A DNA stretch of 64,000 nucleotides, taken from a virus. Taxonomy: Duplodnaviria; Caudoviricetes. Shown in pieces: positions 36,792-45,066 of the stretch; position 1 is the stretch's first letter; every line of letters starts with the position of its first letter. Below the pieces are notes generated by a model. The model was not told where the DNA came from. It saw nothing but the letters and a program-made list of their open reading frames with translations, and searched no databases. Both the position numbers and the translations under genes were made by a program. The DNA lies in the IMG/VR virus record IMGVR_UViG_3300036987_000420, positions 1 to 64,000 of that record; one strand, given 5' to 3'.

Positions 36792-37337
36792 ATGCCGGGC
36801 TGGAAGAAGCCGACCCCGCAGCCCGAGGGCGAGCGGATGGTCACGCCGTCAGCGCCGATCGACGTGCTGCTCGTCGGGGCGCGCGGCGCCACCGACTGGC
36901 GCGCGAAGGTCATCCCGGAGCTCGACGCGCTCGGGCTCGTCTGGTACGCGCCGGACGGCATCCCGGTCGCCTCCGAGCGGCTGCCGGAGATCGGCTGCAC
37001 GCTCGTCGGCCTGGGCGACCCCGGCAGCGGCAACCACGGCCTCGACACGATGTTCCTGCTCGGGCAGCGCCTGGGCGGCGGCATGTACTACGGCGGCGGC
37101 TCGACCGTCGTCTTCCGCTTCGGCGAGCTGCCAGCCGGCGACGCCTTCACGCAGTACGACCGCGACGTCTACGCCGCCGTCCAGGAGGTCCTGGGCCGCA
37201 GCCGCGTGCACGTCGCCGCCGACCCGGGTGAGGCGGCCCGGGCCTGCGCGGTTCACCGCGCGCGCCGCTGGGACCCCGACGGCGAGGTCGAGGTCGAGAC
37301 GGTCACGACGACGAAGCGCCGGCGCCGCGCGAGCTGA
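36792..37337 (+). CDS. Hypothetical protein, resembles nucleoside 2-deoxyribosyltransferase-like fold
   Basis: VLLVG....DWRAKVIPELDALGLVWYAP pattern; GAGGAG RBS. Confidence 0.45.
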   Translation: MPGWKKPTPQPEGERMVTPSAPIDVLLVGARGATDWRAKVIPELDALGLVWYAPDGIPVASERLPEIGCTLVGLGDPGSGNHGLDTMFLLGQRLGGGMYYGGGSTVVFRFGELPAGDAFTQYDRDVYAAVQEVLGRSRVHVAADPGEAARACAVHRARRWDPDGEVEVETVTTTKRRRRAS

Positions 37338-37374
37338 GCGCCGCGCCGCCGCACACCGCAGGGAGACAGGTTCC

Positions 37375-38007
37375 ATGCCACTCAAGCTGTCCGACCACAA
37401 GGAACGCCTGGGCGACGCCTACGAGACCTTCAAGGCAGAGATGAAGGCGCTCGAGGACCGCATCAAGGCGGCCGAGACCGAGCGCGACACCTTCAAGACG
37501 CAGGCCACCGAGGCATCGACGAAGGTGACCGACCTGGAGAAGAAGCTCGGCGCCGTCGACAAGACCGTCGACGAGCGCGTCCGGGCCGCCGAGGCGGAGC
37601 GCGACACCTTCAAGGCGCAGGCCGAGCAGATGAGGGGCCAGCACGAGGCGCTCACGAGGGACTTCGACGGCCACAAGCTGGACGTCGACATCTGGGAGAC
37701 GGCCCGCGAGAAGGGCCTCCGCCGCCGCGCCTTCCTCTCGCACCTCGACCGCGCCAGCGTGAAGCGCGGCGCCGACGGCAAGCTGGAGGGCGTCGACGAC
37801 GCGCTGGAGGCGCTCAAGGCCTCCATGCCGGAGACGTTCGGCGAGGCCGCCCCGCCCGCCGTCCCGCCCGTCACCGACCACGGCAGGGGCGTCAAGCCCC
37901 CCGCCACGCCGCCGGGCGCGGGCGGCGCCGAGGACATCCGGAGCATCGTCGCGAAGGGCCTCCAGGCCACCGGGGCCGTCCCGGCCGCGCCCGCCACGAC
38001 GCACTGA
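37375..38007 (+). CDS. Capsid scaffolding protein
   Basis: Coiled-coil N-terminus, DGKLEGVDDALEALKASMPETF, Pro/Gly tail; upstream of capsid genes. Confidence 0.8.
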   Translation: MPLKLSDHKERLGDAYETFKAEMKALEDRIKAAETERDTFKTQATEASTKVTDLEKKLGAVDKTVDERVRAAEAERDTFKAQAEQMRGQHEALTRDFDGHKLDVDIWETAREKGLRRRAFLSHLDRASVKRGADGKLEGVDDALEALKASMPETFGEAAPPAVPPVTDHGRGVKPPATPPGAGGAEDIRSIVAKGLQATGAVPAAPATTH

Positions 38008-38129
38008 GCCGACACCGACGCAGACACGCCGGCCCGTCCGGCTGAGCCGCAGACACGCCGCACGCCGCGGGGCGCGCGGGGACGCACACATCCGCTCGGG
38101 CCAGTAGCCCGGCAGGGGAGGGCATCGCC

Positions 38130-38768
38130 ATGACCATGGGCGCAGGCCAGGGGCCGTTCGTCATCAACCACGGGATCGAGTCGGACGTCGTGTGGCGCCT
38201 CAACGACCACGGCGAGCTCGCCGCGGCGCGCCCCATCATGGTCGCGTCGGGCAACGGCACGACCCCGTTCGGCAAGATCGCCGGCGGCACCATCATGGGC
38301 AAGATGTCCTCGGGCACGAAGAGCGGCATGTACCGCCCGTGCTTCAAGGGCCTCGTCAACGGCAACCAGGCGGCGGTCAACGAGGTCCTGCTCGTCGCCG
38401 GCCAGGCCGCGAACGCCTACGTGGGCGACGTCGTCAAGGTCGTCCGGCCCTCGACCGGCGCCGTCGTCGCGAGCACCCGGACGCTCTCCGTGGTCAACAA
38501 GACCACCCACAAGGTCACGCTCAGCGGCGCCGCCATCACCTTCGAGGACGGCGACCTCGTCATGCTCGAGAACGGCGCCGGGACGGCCAAGGCCGCGACG
38601 GACCGCGCCATCGTGACCACGTACCAGAACAAGGTCACGGGGCTCATCGCCGAGCAGGACCAGGGGCCCTGCAAGCTGTGGCCGGTGGCCATGGTCAAGG
38701 CGTCGAGCCTCCTGACCGGCTGGAACGCCTACGTGGCGGCCGACCTGCCCGGCTTCATCGTCGACTGA
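38130..38768 (+). CDS. Head decoration/cement protein (tentative)
   Basis: Between scaffold and MCP; G.IAGGTIMGK. Confidence 0.6.
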   Translation: MTMGAGQGPFVINHGIESDVVWRLNDHGELAAARPIMVASGNGTTPFGKIAGGTIMGKMSSGTKSGMYRPCFKGLVNGNQAAVNEVLLVAGQAANAYVGDVVKVVRPSTGAVVASTRTLSVVNKTTHKVTLSGAAITFEDGDLVMLENGAGTAKAATDRAIVTTYQNKVTGLIAEQDQGPCKLWPVAMVKASSLLTGWNAYVAADLPGFIVD

Positions 38769-38881
38769 CCGCGCCCGGCGGCGCCCGCTCGTCATCGGCG
38801 CCGCGCCGCCGGCCGGTTCGCACTCGCATCGCATCGTCCCATGCTCGCGGGCGTTCCGACCCGCACACAGGAGGGGTCCAG

Positions 38882-39910
38882 ATGGCCTTCACGCTGCTCG
38901 CTCGCGAGACGCTCCGCGAGAACTTCGTCCAGATGCTCGTCGACACCGACGAGTTCCCGCTGTTCCCGCTGTTCGGCATCACGGCGCCCCCCGGCCCGGG
39001 CGGCTCGCTGGCGGCGCTGCAGTTCCGCTACGTCGCCGAGGGCGGCAAGCTCAAGATCCGCGTCCACAAGCCGGCGCAGCAGCTCCTGACCGTCCAGGAC
39101 ATCAACCAGGCGTCGCCGAAGCTCAACCGCGGCACGGTCGCCGAGACCGAGGTCGGCCCGGCGTTCGCGCGCGGCCACATCGTGCTGACCGAGGCCGAGG
39201 CGTCGCTCTCCGAGATCGTCGCCGGAGCGGCGACCCCGGCGCAGTGGGCCGAGCTGCAGCGCCTGCTCTCCGAGGGCGACATCCGCGACGCGGTCCTCCA
39301 GACGCTGCACGCCTGGTGCGTCAACGCGCTGCTCGGCACCGCGACCTACAGCATCGACGGCCTGACGAAGTCGGCGAGCTGGGGCCTGTCGACCATCCCG
39401 CGGCCGACGACGAAGTGGTCGACCCTGGCGACCGCGACGCCGCTGAGCGACATCAAGGCCGCGAAGACCGTCTTCAACCAGACGAACGGCGCGGACGCCG
39501 ACCCCGACACGATCGTCTTCAGCCCGACGGCCTGGGACTGGGTCGACGGCGCGACCGACACGATCACCCAGCGCAAGTACGTCGAGGTCCTCCAGAAGGC
39601 GAGCCTCGAGGGCAAGCCGTACGACCTCATGGGCCTGCGCTGGCTGGCCGTGAAGGGCCGCTACGCCGGCGCCGACCGCTGGCCGGCGAACCAGGTCGTG
39701 CTCGCCCGCTTCGGGAACCCGCTCGCCGGCGGCACGCCCACGGTGAAGTTCGAGACCTGCAAGCTCCGCGAGAACCAGTTCGCCGGCGGCGCCGCGGTCT
39801 ACACCGAGGAGCAGAAGGACCCCGACCAGGTCAAGCTCATCAGCTCGCTGAACGGCGTCGCGGAGATCGTCCGCCCGTCGTTCGTGCAGACCTGGGAGAT
39901 CAACTGGTAG
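38882..39910 (+). CDS. Major capsid protein (lambda gpE-like)
   Basis: 342 aa; GAGGGG RBS; W..NALLG, W......PLSDI..AK, PD.IVFSP.AW. Confidence 0.8.
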   Translation: MAFTLLARETLRENFVQMLVDTDEFPLFPLFGITAPPGPGGSLAALQFRYVAEGGKLKIRVHKPAQQLLTVQDINQASPKLNRGTVAETEVGPAFARGHIVLTEAEASLSEIVAGAATPAQWAELQRLLSEGDIRDAVLQTLHAWCVNALLGTATYSIDGLTKSASWGLSTIPRPTTKWSTLATATPLSDIKAAKTVFNQTNGADADPDTIVFSPTAWDWVDGATDTITQRKYVEVLQKASLEGKPYDLMGLRWLAVKGRYAGADRWPANQVVLARFGNPLAGGTPTVKFETCKLRENQFAGGAAVYTEEQKDPDQVKLISSLNGVAEIVRPSFVQTWEINW

Positions 39911-40038
39911 TACCGGCCAGGGCCGGCGCCAGGGCTGCGGCCCGACGCCGGCCCGACCGGCTACCAGCGTCCCCCTGACCGCCACGTCCATCCCGCCTGC
40001 GCGTCCCTGCGACGCCGGCGGCGGAACCAGGAGCCATC

Positions 40039-40323
40039 ATGGCCGCACAGAAGCCGCCGGCGTTCGTCCGCTTCCTCGGCAACCACCCGCTCGGGCACAT
40101 CCGGAGCGGCGACGTCTGCCGCAACCCGGACCCGAAGCACCTCGACGGGACGGTCGGCTTCGTCGTCATCGACGAGGCCGAGTTCCGTCGCTTCACGTTC
40201 ATGACCTTCGACGCCACGCACCTCTCGCTGAAGCCGGAGCCCGAGAAGGCCCCGCCGGCGAAGGTGAAGAAGAACGCCGCGGACGCCGCCGACAGGCGGG
40301 ACGACCCGGCCGCCGAGGGCTGA
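40039..40323 (+). CDS. Small head-associated hypothetical protein
   Basis: AGGAG RBS; after MCP. Confidence 0.6.
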   Translation: MAAQKPPAFVRFLGNHPLGHIRSGDVCRNPDPKHLDGTVGFVVIDEAEFRRFTFMTFDATHLSLKPEPEKAPPAKVKKNAADAADRRDDPAAEG

Positions 40324-40364
40324 GCGCCTCGGCCCGCGCGTCCGCCGCCAGCCGGAGGTGACCC

Positions 40365-40598
40365 GTGCCGTACCCCGACTACACGACCACCGAGTGCGAC
40401 GAGGCGATCGTCGCCATCGACGCCGAGATCGCCCGCCTGCGACCGCTGGCGGACGCCTACTCGCTGGGCGGGGGCCGGCACTTCGCGCAGGGCCAGAAGG
40501 TCCAGCGGCTCCAGGCCGAGCGCTCCGAGTGGGTGGCGCGCAAGCTCGCTGCCGAGGGCTCCGGCGCGCCGCTCCAGTTCGAGTGCGAGCTGACGTGA
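40365..40598 (+). CDS. gpW-like head-tail joining protein
   Basis: 77 aa; CDEAI.AIDAEI...AYSLGGGR...LQAER; GGAGG RBS. Confidence 0.6.
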   Translation: MPYPDYTTTECDEAIVAIDAEIARLRPLADAYSLGGGRHFAQGQKVQRLQAERSEWVARKLAAEGSGAPLQFECELT

Positions 40599-41047
40599 TC
40601 GTCTCAATCCCCTTGTCTCAATCCCCTCACGGGCGGGGTCCGCAGCGTACCATGATCGACGCCGACGCCTACGCCGAGCAGGTGGCGATCCACCTCGCGG
40701 AGATCCTTCCCGAGGAGCCGAACGCGATCCGCGTGCGCCTGGCGGGCGGCACGCGCAACATCGTCGGCGAGCTCGTCGGCGCGACCGAGACGCGCCTCGA
40801 CCTGCGGGTCGACATCCGCCCCTACCGGCGCGCCGAGCGTGGCGCGGCCGGCGAGGCGGAGCGCGGCGACACAGCCATCGCGCTCCTGGAGGACGCGCTC
40901 GAACCCGGCGACCTGGTCGAGGCCGAGGGGCACCGCTACCGCGTCATCGCGGTGCAGCCCCGCTACCTCGCCGGGCGCGTCCACTGCTACGACGCGACGG
41001 CGGAGCGCCTCGACGTCGAGCGCGGCTCGCCGGTCGTGGACGGGTAG
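40595..41047 (+). CDS. Head closure/head-tail adaptor (alternative start ATG 40652)
   Basis: Position in the neck module; GDLVEAEGHRYRVIAV; coupled GTG at 40595 is in frame with ATG 40652. Confidence 0.6.
   Translation: MIVSIPLSQSPHGRGPQRTMIDADAYAEQVAIHLAEILPEEPNAIRVRLAGGTRNIVGELVGATETRLDLRVDIRPYRRAERGAAGEAERGDTAIALLEDALEPGDLVEAEGHRYRVIAVQPRYLAGRVHCYDATAERLDVERGSPVVDG
40601..40650 (-). CRISPR. Solitary CRISPR-repeat-like unit A (36 nt) plus tandem 14-nt partial copy
   Basis: Minus strand GTACGCTGCGGA-CCCC-GCCCGTGA-GGGG-ATTGAGAC (40650-40615), then AAGGGGATTGAGAC (40614-40601). Confidence 0.7.
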
Positions 41048-41068
41048 CGCCGCCGGGAAGGCTCCGCC

Positions 41069-41623
41069 GTGCCGAGCTTCGTCCACAAGGTCACCGCCCA
41101 GCAGCGCGCCGAGCAGCTCCGGCAGCACGTGCCGAACGTCATCGCCGCCCAGCGCCGGGCGCTGTGGCGGGCGGCCGAGAAGCACCGCGGCGAGGCCGCC
41201 GGGGCGACGCCGGTCGACCAGGGCACGATGCGCCGCGCCTGGGACGTCCACGACGAACCGAACGCCGTCGTGCTCGAGAACGACGCGCCGCACGCGGCCA
41301 TCGTCGAGCTCGGCCGCCGCCCCGGGAAGTGGCCCCCGGGGCAGTACAACCACCAGGCCCTGATGTGCTGGGGCGGTCCGATCTACGACTGGGTCTGGCG
41401 CAAGACCCGCGTCTCGATCCAGGCCGAGCTCGGCCGCGGGAAGCGAGCGACCGGCCAGCGGCGCCTGCGGGTCGCCCGGCTGGCGTACCTCATCGCGCGG
41501 GCCATCGCGATGCGCGGCATCGAGCCGCAGTTCATCGTCGAGCTGCGCCTCATCCCATGGGCGCAGGACGTGCTCCGGGAGATGGAGCGCGCCTACGCCG
41601 AGCTGCTCGGCCGCAGGAGATGA
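41069..41623 (+). CDS. HK97 gp10-like neck protein
   Basis: ATPVDQGTMRRAW...V.LENDAPHA.IVELG. Confidence 0.75.
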   Translation: MPSFVHKVTAQQRAEQLRQHVPNVIAAQRRALWRAAEKHRGEAAGATPVDQGTMRRAWDVHDEPNAVVLENDAPHAAIVELGRRPGKWPPGQYNHQALMCWGGPIYDWVWRKTRVSIQAELGRGKRATGQRRLRVARLAYLIARAIAMRGIEPQFIVELRLIPWAQDVLREMERAYAELLGRRR

Positions 41624-41626
41624 GCC

Positions 41627-42235
41627 GTGGCTGCGACCGACCACCTCTGGGATCACGTGGCCGGCGCGCTCGTCACGGGCCTGCGGACCGCGCTCGGACT
41701 CGCGGCGGACCGCTGCCACGTCGGCTGGCCGGCGCCCGGGCAGGGCCCCGAGGCCGGCCCGTTGCCGGCGCTGTCGGTGACGCTCGCCTCCGCCCAGGTC
41801 GCGCTGCGGCGCGCCATCCGCGTGGCGAGCGTCGAGGGTGCCGTCCCGGCCGAGGCTGTGGCGACGTACCAGATCGGCCAGGGGACGGCGACGCTCCAGG
41901 TCGACCTGTGGGCGCCCAGCAAGACGGCGCGCCTGGCGCTCGCCGGGGCGGTTCGTGACTACCTGGTCGGTCGGCCGTCGACGGGGCTGACCGGCCGCAT
42001 CCTGACGCTCGACCGGCTCTCCGAGCGAGCGCGCTACACGGCCGGCCAGACGACCTACGACGACGACGACGGGGCCGGGCCGCGGGCCCTGCTGCCCGTC
42101 TCCGTCCGGGTCCCGTACCTCGTCCGCGAGACGCTGGCGCGGGCGCAGAAGCTCGTCATCGAGTCGCAGCGTCCGGCTGGCTCGCCGCCGCTTCCGGGCC
42201 TCGGTCCGGAGACGCGGATCATTTTCGCGCCCTGA
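41627..42235 (+). CDS. Tail terminator/completion protein (tentative)
   Basis: Immediately upstream of the sheath; LQVDLWA...R..L. Confidence 0.6.
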   Translation: MAATDHLWDHVAGALVTGLRTALGLAADRCHVGWPAPGQGPEAGPLPALSVTLASAQVALRRAIRVASVEGAVPAEAVATYQIGQGTATLQVDLWAPSKTARLALAGAVRDYLVGRPSTGLTGRILTLDRLSERARYTAGQTTYDDDDGAGPRALLPVSVRVPYLVRETLARAQKLVIESQRPAGSPPLPGLGPETRIIFAP

Positions 42236-42275
42236 ACACGCACCGAGGCCCGGAGACGGGCCGCCGGAGGGGACC

Positions 42276-43805
42276 ATGTCCGAGCCCTACTACAGCAACA
42301 ACCCCCTCGACTGGACGGCCCTCGACGGGCTCTACATCGACAAGCAGGACCCGCCGCTGCCGCTCACCGCGGGCGGGGCCGGCGTGGTCGGGTGCGTCGC
42401 CGAGCTGCCGTGGGGTCCGGTCGACACGCCGATCCTGATCGGCGCTCCGATCGCGCTCGTGCGCGCCTTCTTCGGCTACGACACCGACCCCGACTACTAC
42501 TACGGCGACGGCGGCAGCAAGACCGGCTACAAGGGCTGCATCGGCCTCGCGAAGAAGCGGTGGAGCTCGCGCGGCATCTACATCGTGCGCGTCGGCCACT
42601 CCGGCCAGGCGGGGGCCGAGAAGAACCTGATGGACGGCGCGACGCCGGCCAAGATCGCGCTCACCATCAAGGCGAAATATCCGGGCAAGCTGGGCGACCG
42701 CATCCAGTACAAGGTGACCAACAACACGTCGAGCTTCGACCTGGAGGTCCGCTGGGGCGACCGCGCCGAGACCTACGTGGGCCTGACGCTCACCACCATG
42801 GTCGAGCGCGTCGGCGGCAACTCCGATCTGGTCGTCGTCGCGGCGGGCGAGTCCGGCGCAGCGCTGCCGGTCACGGTCTCCTCGTGGACGAACCTGGCGG
42901 GCGGCTCCGACGGCACGCCGGCCGCGTCCGACTACGCGGGCAGCGACGTGTCGAAGGTCGGATTCCGCACGTTCGCCGACTACCCCGACGTCGAGCTGAT
43001 GTTCGCGGCGGAGTTCGAGTCGGACACCCTCGACGCCGCCATGGACGCCTGGCTCCTCGAGCGTGGCTACGGGGTCTTCTTCGCCGGCTGCGCCATCGGC
43101 GACGCGCTCGCCGACGCGAAAGCGAAGCGCGCCGCGCTCATCGCCGCGTCGGATGGCTCGCGGACCCGCATCTGCTGGCCGGGCCTGCGGGTCACGATGC
43201 CGAACGACCGCGTCGTCGACACGATGTCGAGCGGCTGGCAGTGCGCCGCGGCGGCCCAGATCAGCCCGCACCGCGACATCGCCGCGGCCGGCACGAAGAG
43301 CGCCTACACCGGCTGCATCGCGCTGGAGGACGGCGTCCAGATCACGCGGGCCGACTACATCGACGCGTTGAACCACGGCATCGGCGCGATGGAGCAGCTG
43401 TCGTCGGGCGGCTTCAAGGCCCGCAGCGGCATCGTCGCGGACTCCGACGGCAGGCTGCTCCTCCAGGTCCGCATGGCCGACCTCATCCACCGCGCCGAGG
43501 CGAAGCGGCTGGAGAGCTACCAGAACGAGCCGATGGACGCGGAGTGGAAGGAGGGGGTCCGGGCGGCCATCTCCGACTACCTGAAGTACCTGCAGGACCC
43601 GCCGCGCAAGATGCTCAAGGCGTTCAGCGTCGACGACACGTCGCTGAACACGGAGTCCTCCGAGGCGGCCGGCGAGTGGTACGTCGTGCAGAAGGTCCAG
43701 CTCTACCCGCCCGGCCGCTTCATCGTCGTGCGGTCGATGATCGGCACCACGGTCGTCATCACGACCGAGACGTCGGGCGGGGGCGGGGGCGGCATCTCCG
43801 TCTGA
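42276..43805 (+). CDS. Contractile tail sheath protein
   Basis: GVVG.VAE..WGPVDTP, AKYPG..G, GGSDG, C-terminal AISDYL.YL...V.LY. Confidence 0.9.
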   Translation: MSEPYYSNNPLDWTALDGLYIDKQDPPLPLTAGGAGVVGCVAELPWGPVDTPILIGAPIALVRAFFGYDTDPDYYYGDGGSKTGYKGCIGLAKKRWSSRGIYIVRVGHSGQAGAEKNLMDGATPAKIALTIKAKYPGKLGDRIQYKVTNNTSSFDLEVRWGDRAETYVGLTLTTMVERVGGNSDLVVVAAGESGAALPVTVSSWTNLAGGSDGTPAASDYAGSDVSKVGFRTFADYPDVELMFAAEFESDTLDAAMDAWLLERGYGVFFAGCAIGDALADAKAKRAALIAASDGSRTRICWPGLRVTMPNDRVVDTMSSGWQCAAAAQISPHRDIAAAGTKSAYTGCIALEDGVQITRADYIDALNHGIGAMEQLSSGGFKARSGIVADSDGRLLLQVRMADLIHRAEAKRLESYQNEPMDAEWKEGVRAAISDYLKYLQDPPRKMLKAFSVDDTSLNTESSEAAGEWYVVQKVQLYPPGRFIVVRSMIGTTVVITTETSGGGGGGISV

Positions 43806-43902
43806 CCGACAGCCCGAGCGCATCGATCGTCCCTGACACGCCGGGAGCGCGGCCTCGTGTCGCGCCACCCCGCAGACCACGCAGCAGCACCGGAGGGCTC
43901 CG

Positions 43903-44328
43903 ATGGCCGAGGATGTCGTCCTCAGCAGCGACGTGCAGATCCGCGTCTTCAAGGCCGGCGTCCCGATCGGCGCCATCGACGCGACGGGCTTCTCCGTCAA
44001 CCAGCAGGCCGAGGTGCGCACCCGCGCCCTGCTCGGCAGCCGCGAGAAGGACACGTACGTCGTCTACTCGGGGCACAGCGGCACGGTGAGCGTCGAGCGG
44101 ACGAACACCCGCGTCGATGACCTCATCGACAGCCTGGAGACGCAGTTCTTCGACGGCAAGCCGGTCGACGAGATCCAGATCGCGAAGACCGACGCGTACC
44201 CGGACGGCACGCGGCGGACCTACATCTACCAGCGCTGCCGCATCTGGGCGGACGACAGCGGCTCGGGCGACGCGGCCGCGACCATCACGCTGAACTGGCG
44301 CAACGGCAAGCCGCGCGTGAAGGCGTAG
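43903..44328 (+). CDS. Tail tube protein
   Basis: 141 aa beta-rich ORF directly after the sheath. Confidence 0.75.
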   Translation: MAEDVVLSSDVQIRVFKAGVPIGAIDATGFSVNQQAEVRTRALLGSREKDTYVVYSGHSGTVSVERTNTRVDDLIDSLETQFFDGKPVDEIQIAKTDAYPDGTRRTYIYQRCRIWADDSGSGDAAATITLNWRNGKPRVKA

Positions 44329-44330
44329 AC

Positions 44331-44366
44331 GTCTCAATCCCCTCATCGGCGGGGAGCGCCGCCGCC
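44331..44366 (-). CRISPR. Solitary CRISPR-repeat-like unit B (intergenic)
   Basis: Minus strand GGCGGCGGCGCT-CCCC-GCCGATGA-GGGG-ATTGAGAC; 22/24 identical to the unit A core. Confidence 0.7.
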
Positions 44367-44413
44367 CGGCCGCAGGGTAGACGACCACGCCAGGTCACGG
44401 GAAGCAGGACCCG

Positions 44414-44827
44414 ATGAGCGACGAGATCCTGGTCGAGTACACGACGACGAGCGGCACACGCGCCGTCCTGGCCGAGCCGGACATGGAGCTGACCGAGCGC
44501 GCGATGGCGCTCGTCCCGGCCTCCACGCCGGCGATGAAGGCCGTCACGCTCCAGCGCCGCGAGACGCTGCGGCTGTGCCTGCGTTCCATCAACGGCCGCA
44601 AGGTCACCTATCAGGAGCTGCAGGGCGCCGGGCTACTGAAGGCGTTCCCGGGCGCCCGCGGGCTGCGCGACGTGCAGCAGCTCGAGGCGGTCCTCGACAA
44701 GCTCGGCAACACGAGCCTCGCCGAGGATGCTGCGGTTTTCCGGACGGCCCGCCCCGTCGACGCCGCAACCGGCGTACCGGCGGCGGGCCCGGCCGCGGCC
44801 GCAGAGGCGGAGGCTCCGGCGGCGTGA
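44414..44827 (+). CDS. Tail assembly chaperone
   Basis: Between tube and tape measure. Confidence 0.7.
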   Translation: MSDEILVEYTTTSGTRAVLAEPDMELTERAMALVPASTPAMKAVTLQRRETLRLCLRSINGRKVTYQELQGAGLLKAFPGARGLRDVQQLEAVLDKLGNTSLAEDAAVFRTARPVDAATGVPAAGPAAAAEAEAPAA

Positions 44828-45039
44828 AGCGCCTCCCGGCGAGCGACATGGGCGAGCTGCGCGAGGACTTCCAGCGCCGCATCGCCCAGGTCTGTCGCTA
44901 CGGGTCGCAGCGCCGCGACGACGTGATGCGCTGGTCCTGCCGGGTGTTCCTGTCGTTCTACGAGGCCATCGCCGAGGTGGTCGAGGACGAGTCGCCAGAC
45001 CCGACGAGCGGCCCGCAGGGACCCGTCGGGAAGCGCTGA
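44824..45039 (+). CDS. Second tail assembly chaperone ORF
   Basis: IAQVCRYG......VMRW....FL.FYEA; -1 frame relative to the first chaperone. Confidence 0.65.
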   Translation: MKRLPASDMGELREDFQRRIAQVCRYGSQRRDDVMRWSCRVFLSFYEAIAEVVEDESPDPTSGPQGPVGKR

Positions 45040-45066
45040 CGTGACGGCGCCCGCGGGCGCCGCAGG

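Noticed and set aside
14030-44366. A true CRISPR array or cas locus
   Set aside because: The repeat units are kilobases apart with no regular spacers, and no Cas1/Cas3/Cas6/Cas10-like ORF is recognisable. They are reported as solitary units instead.
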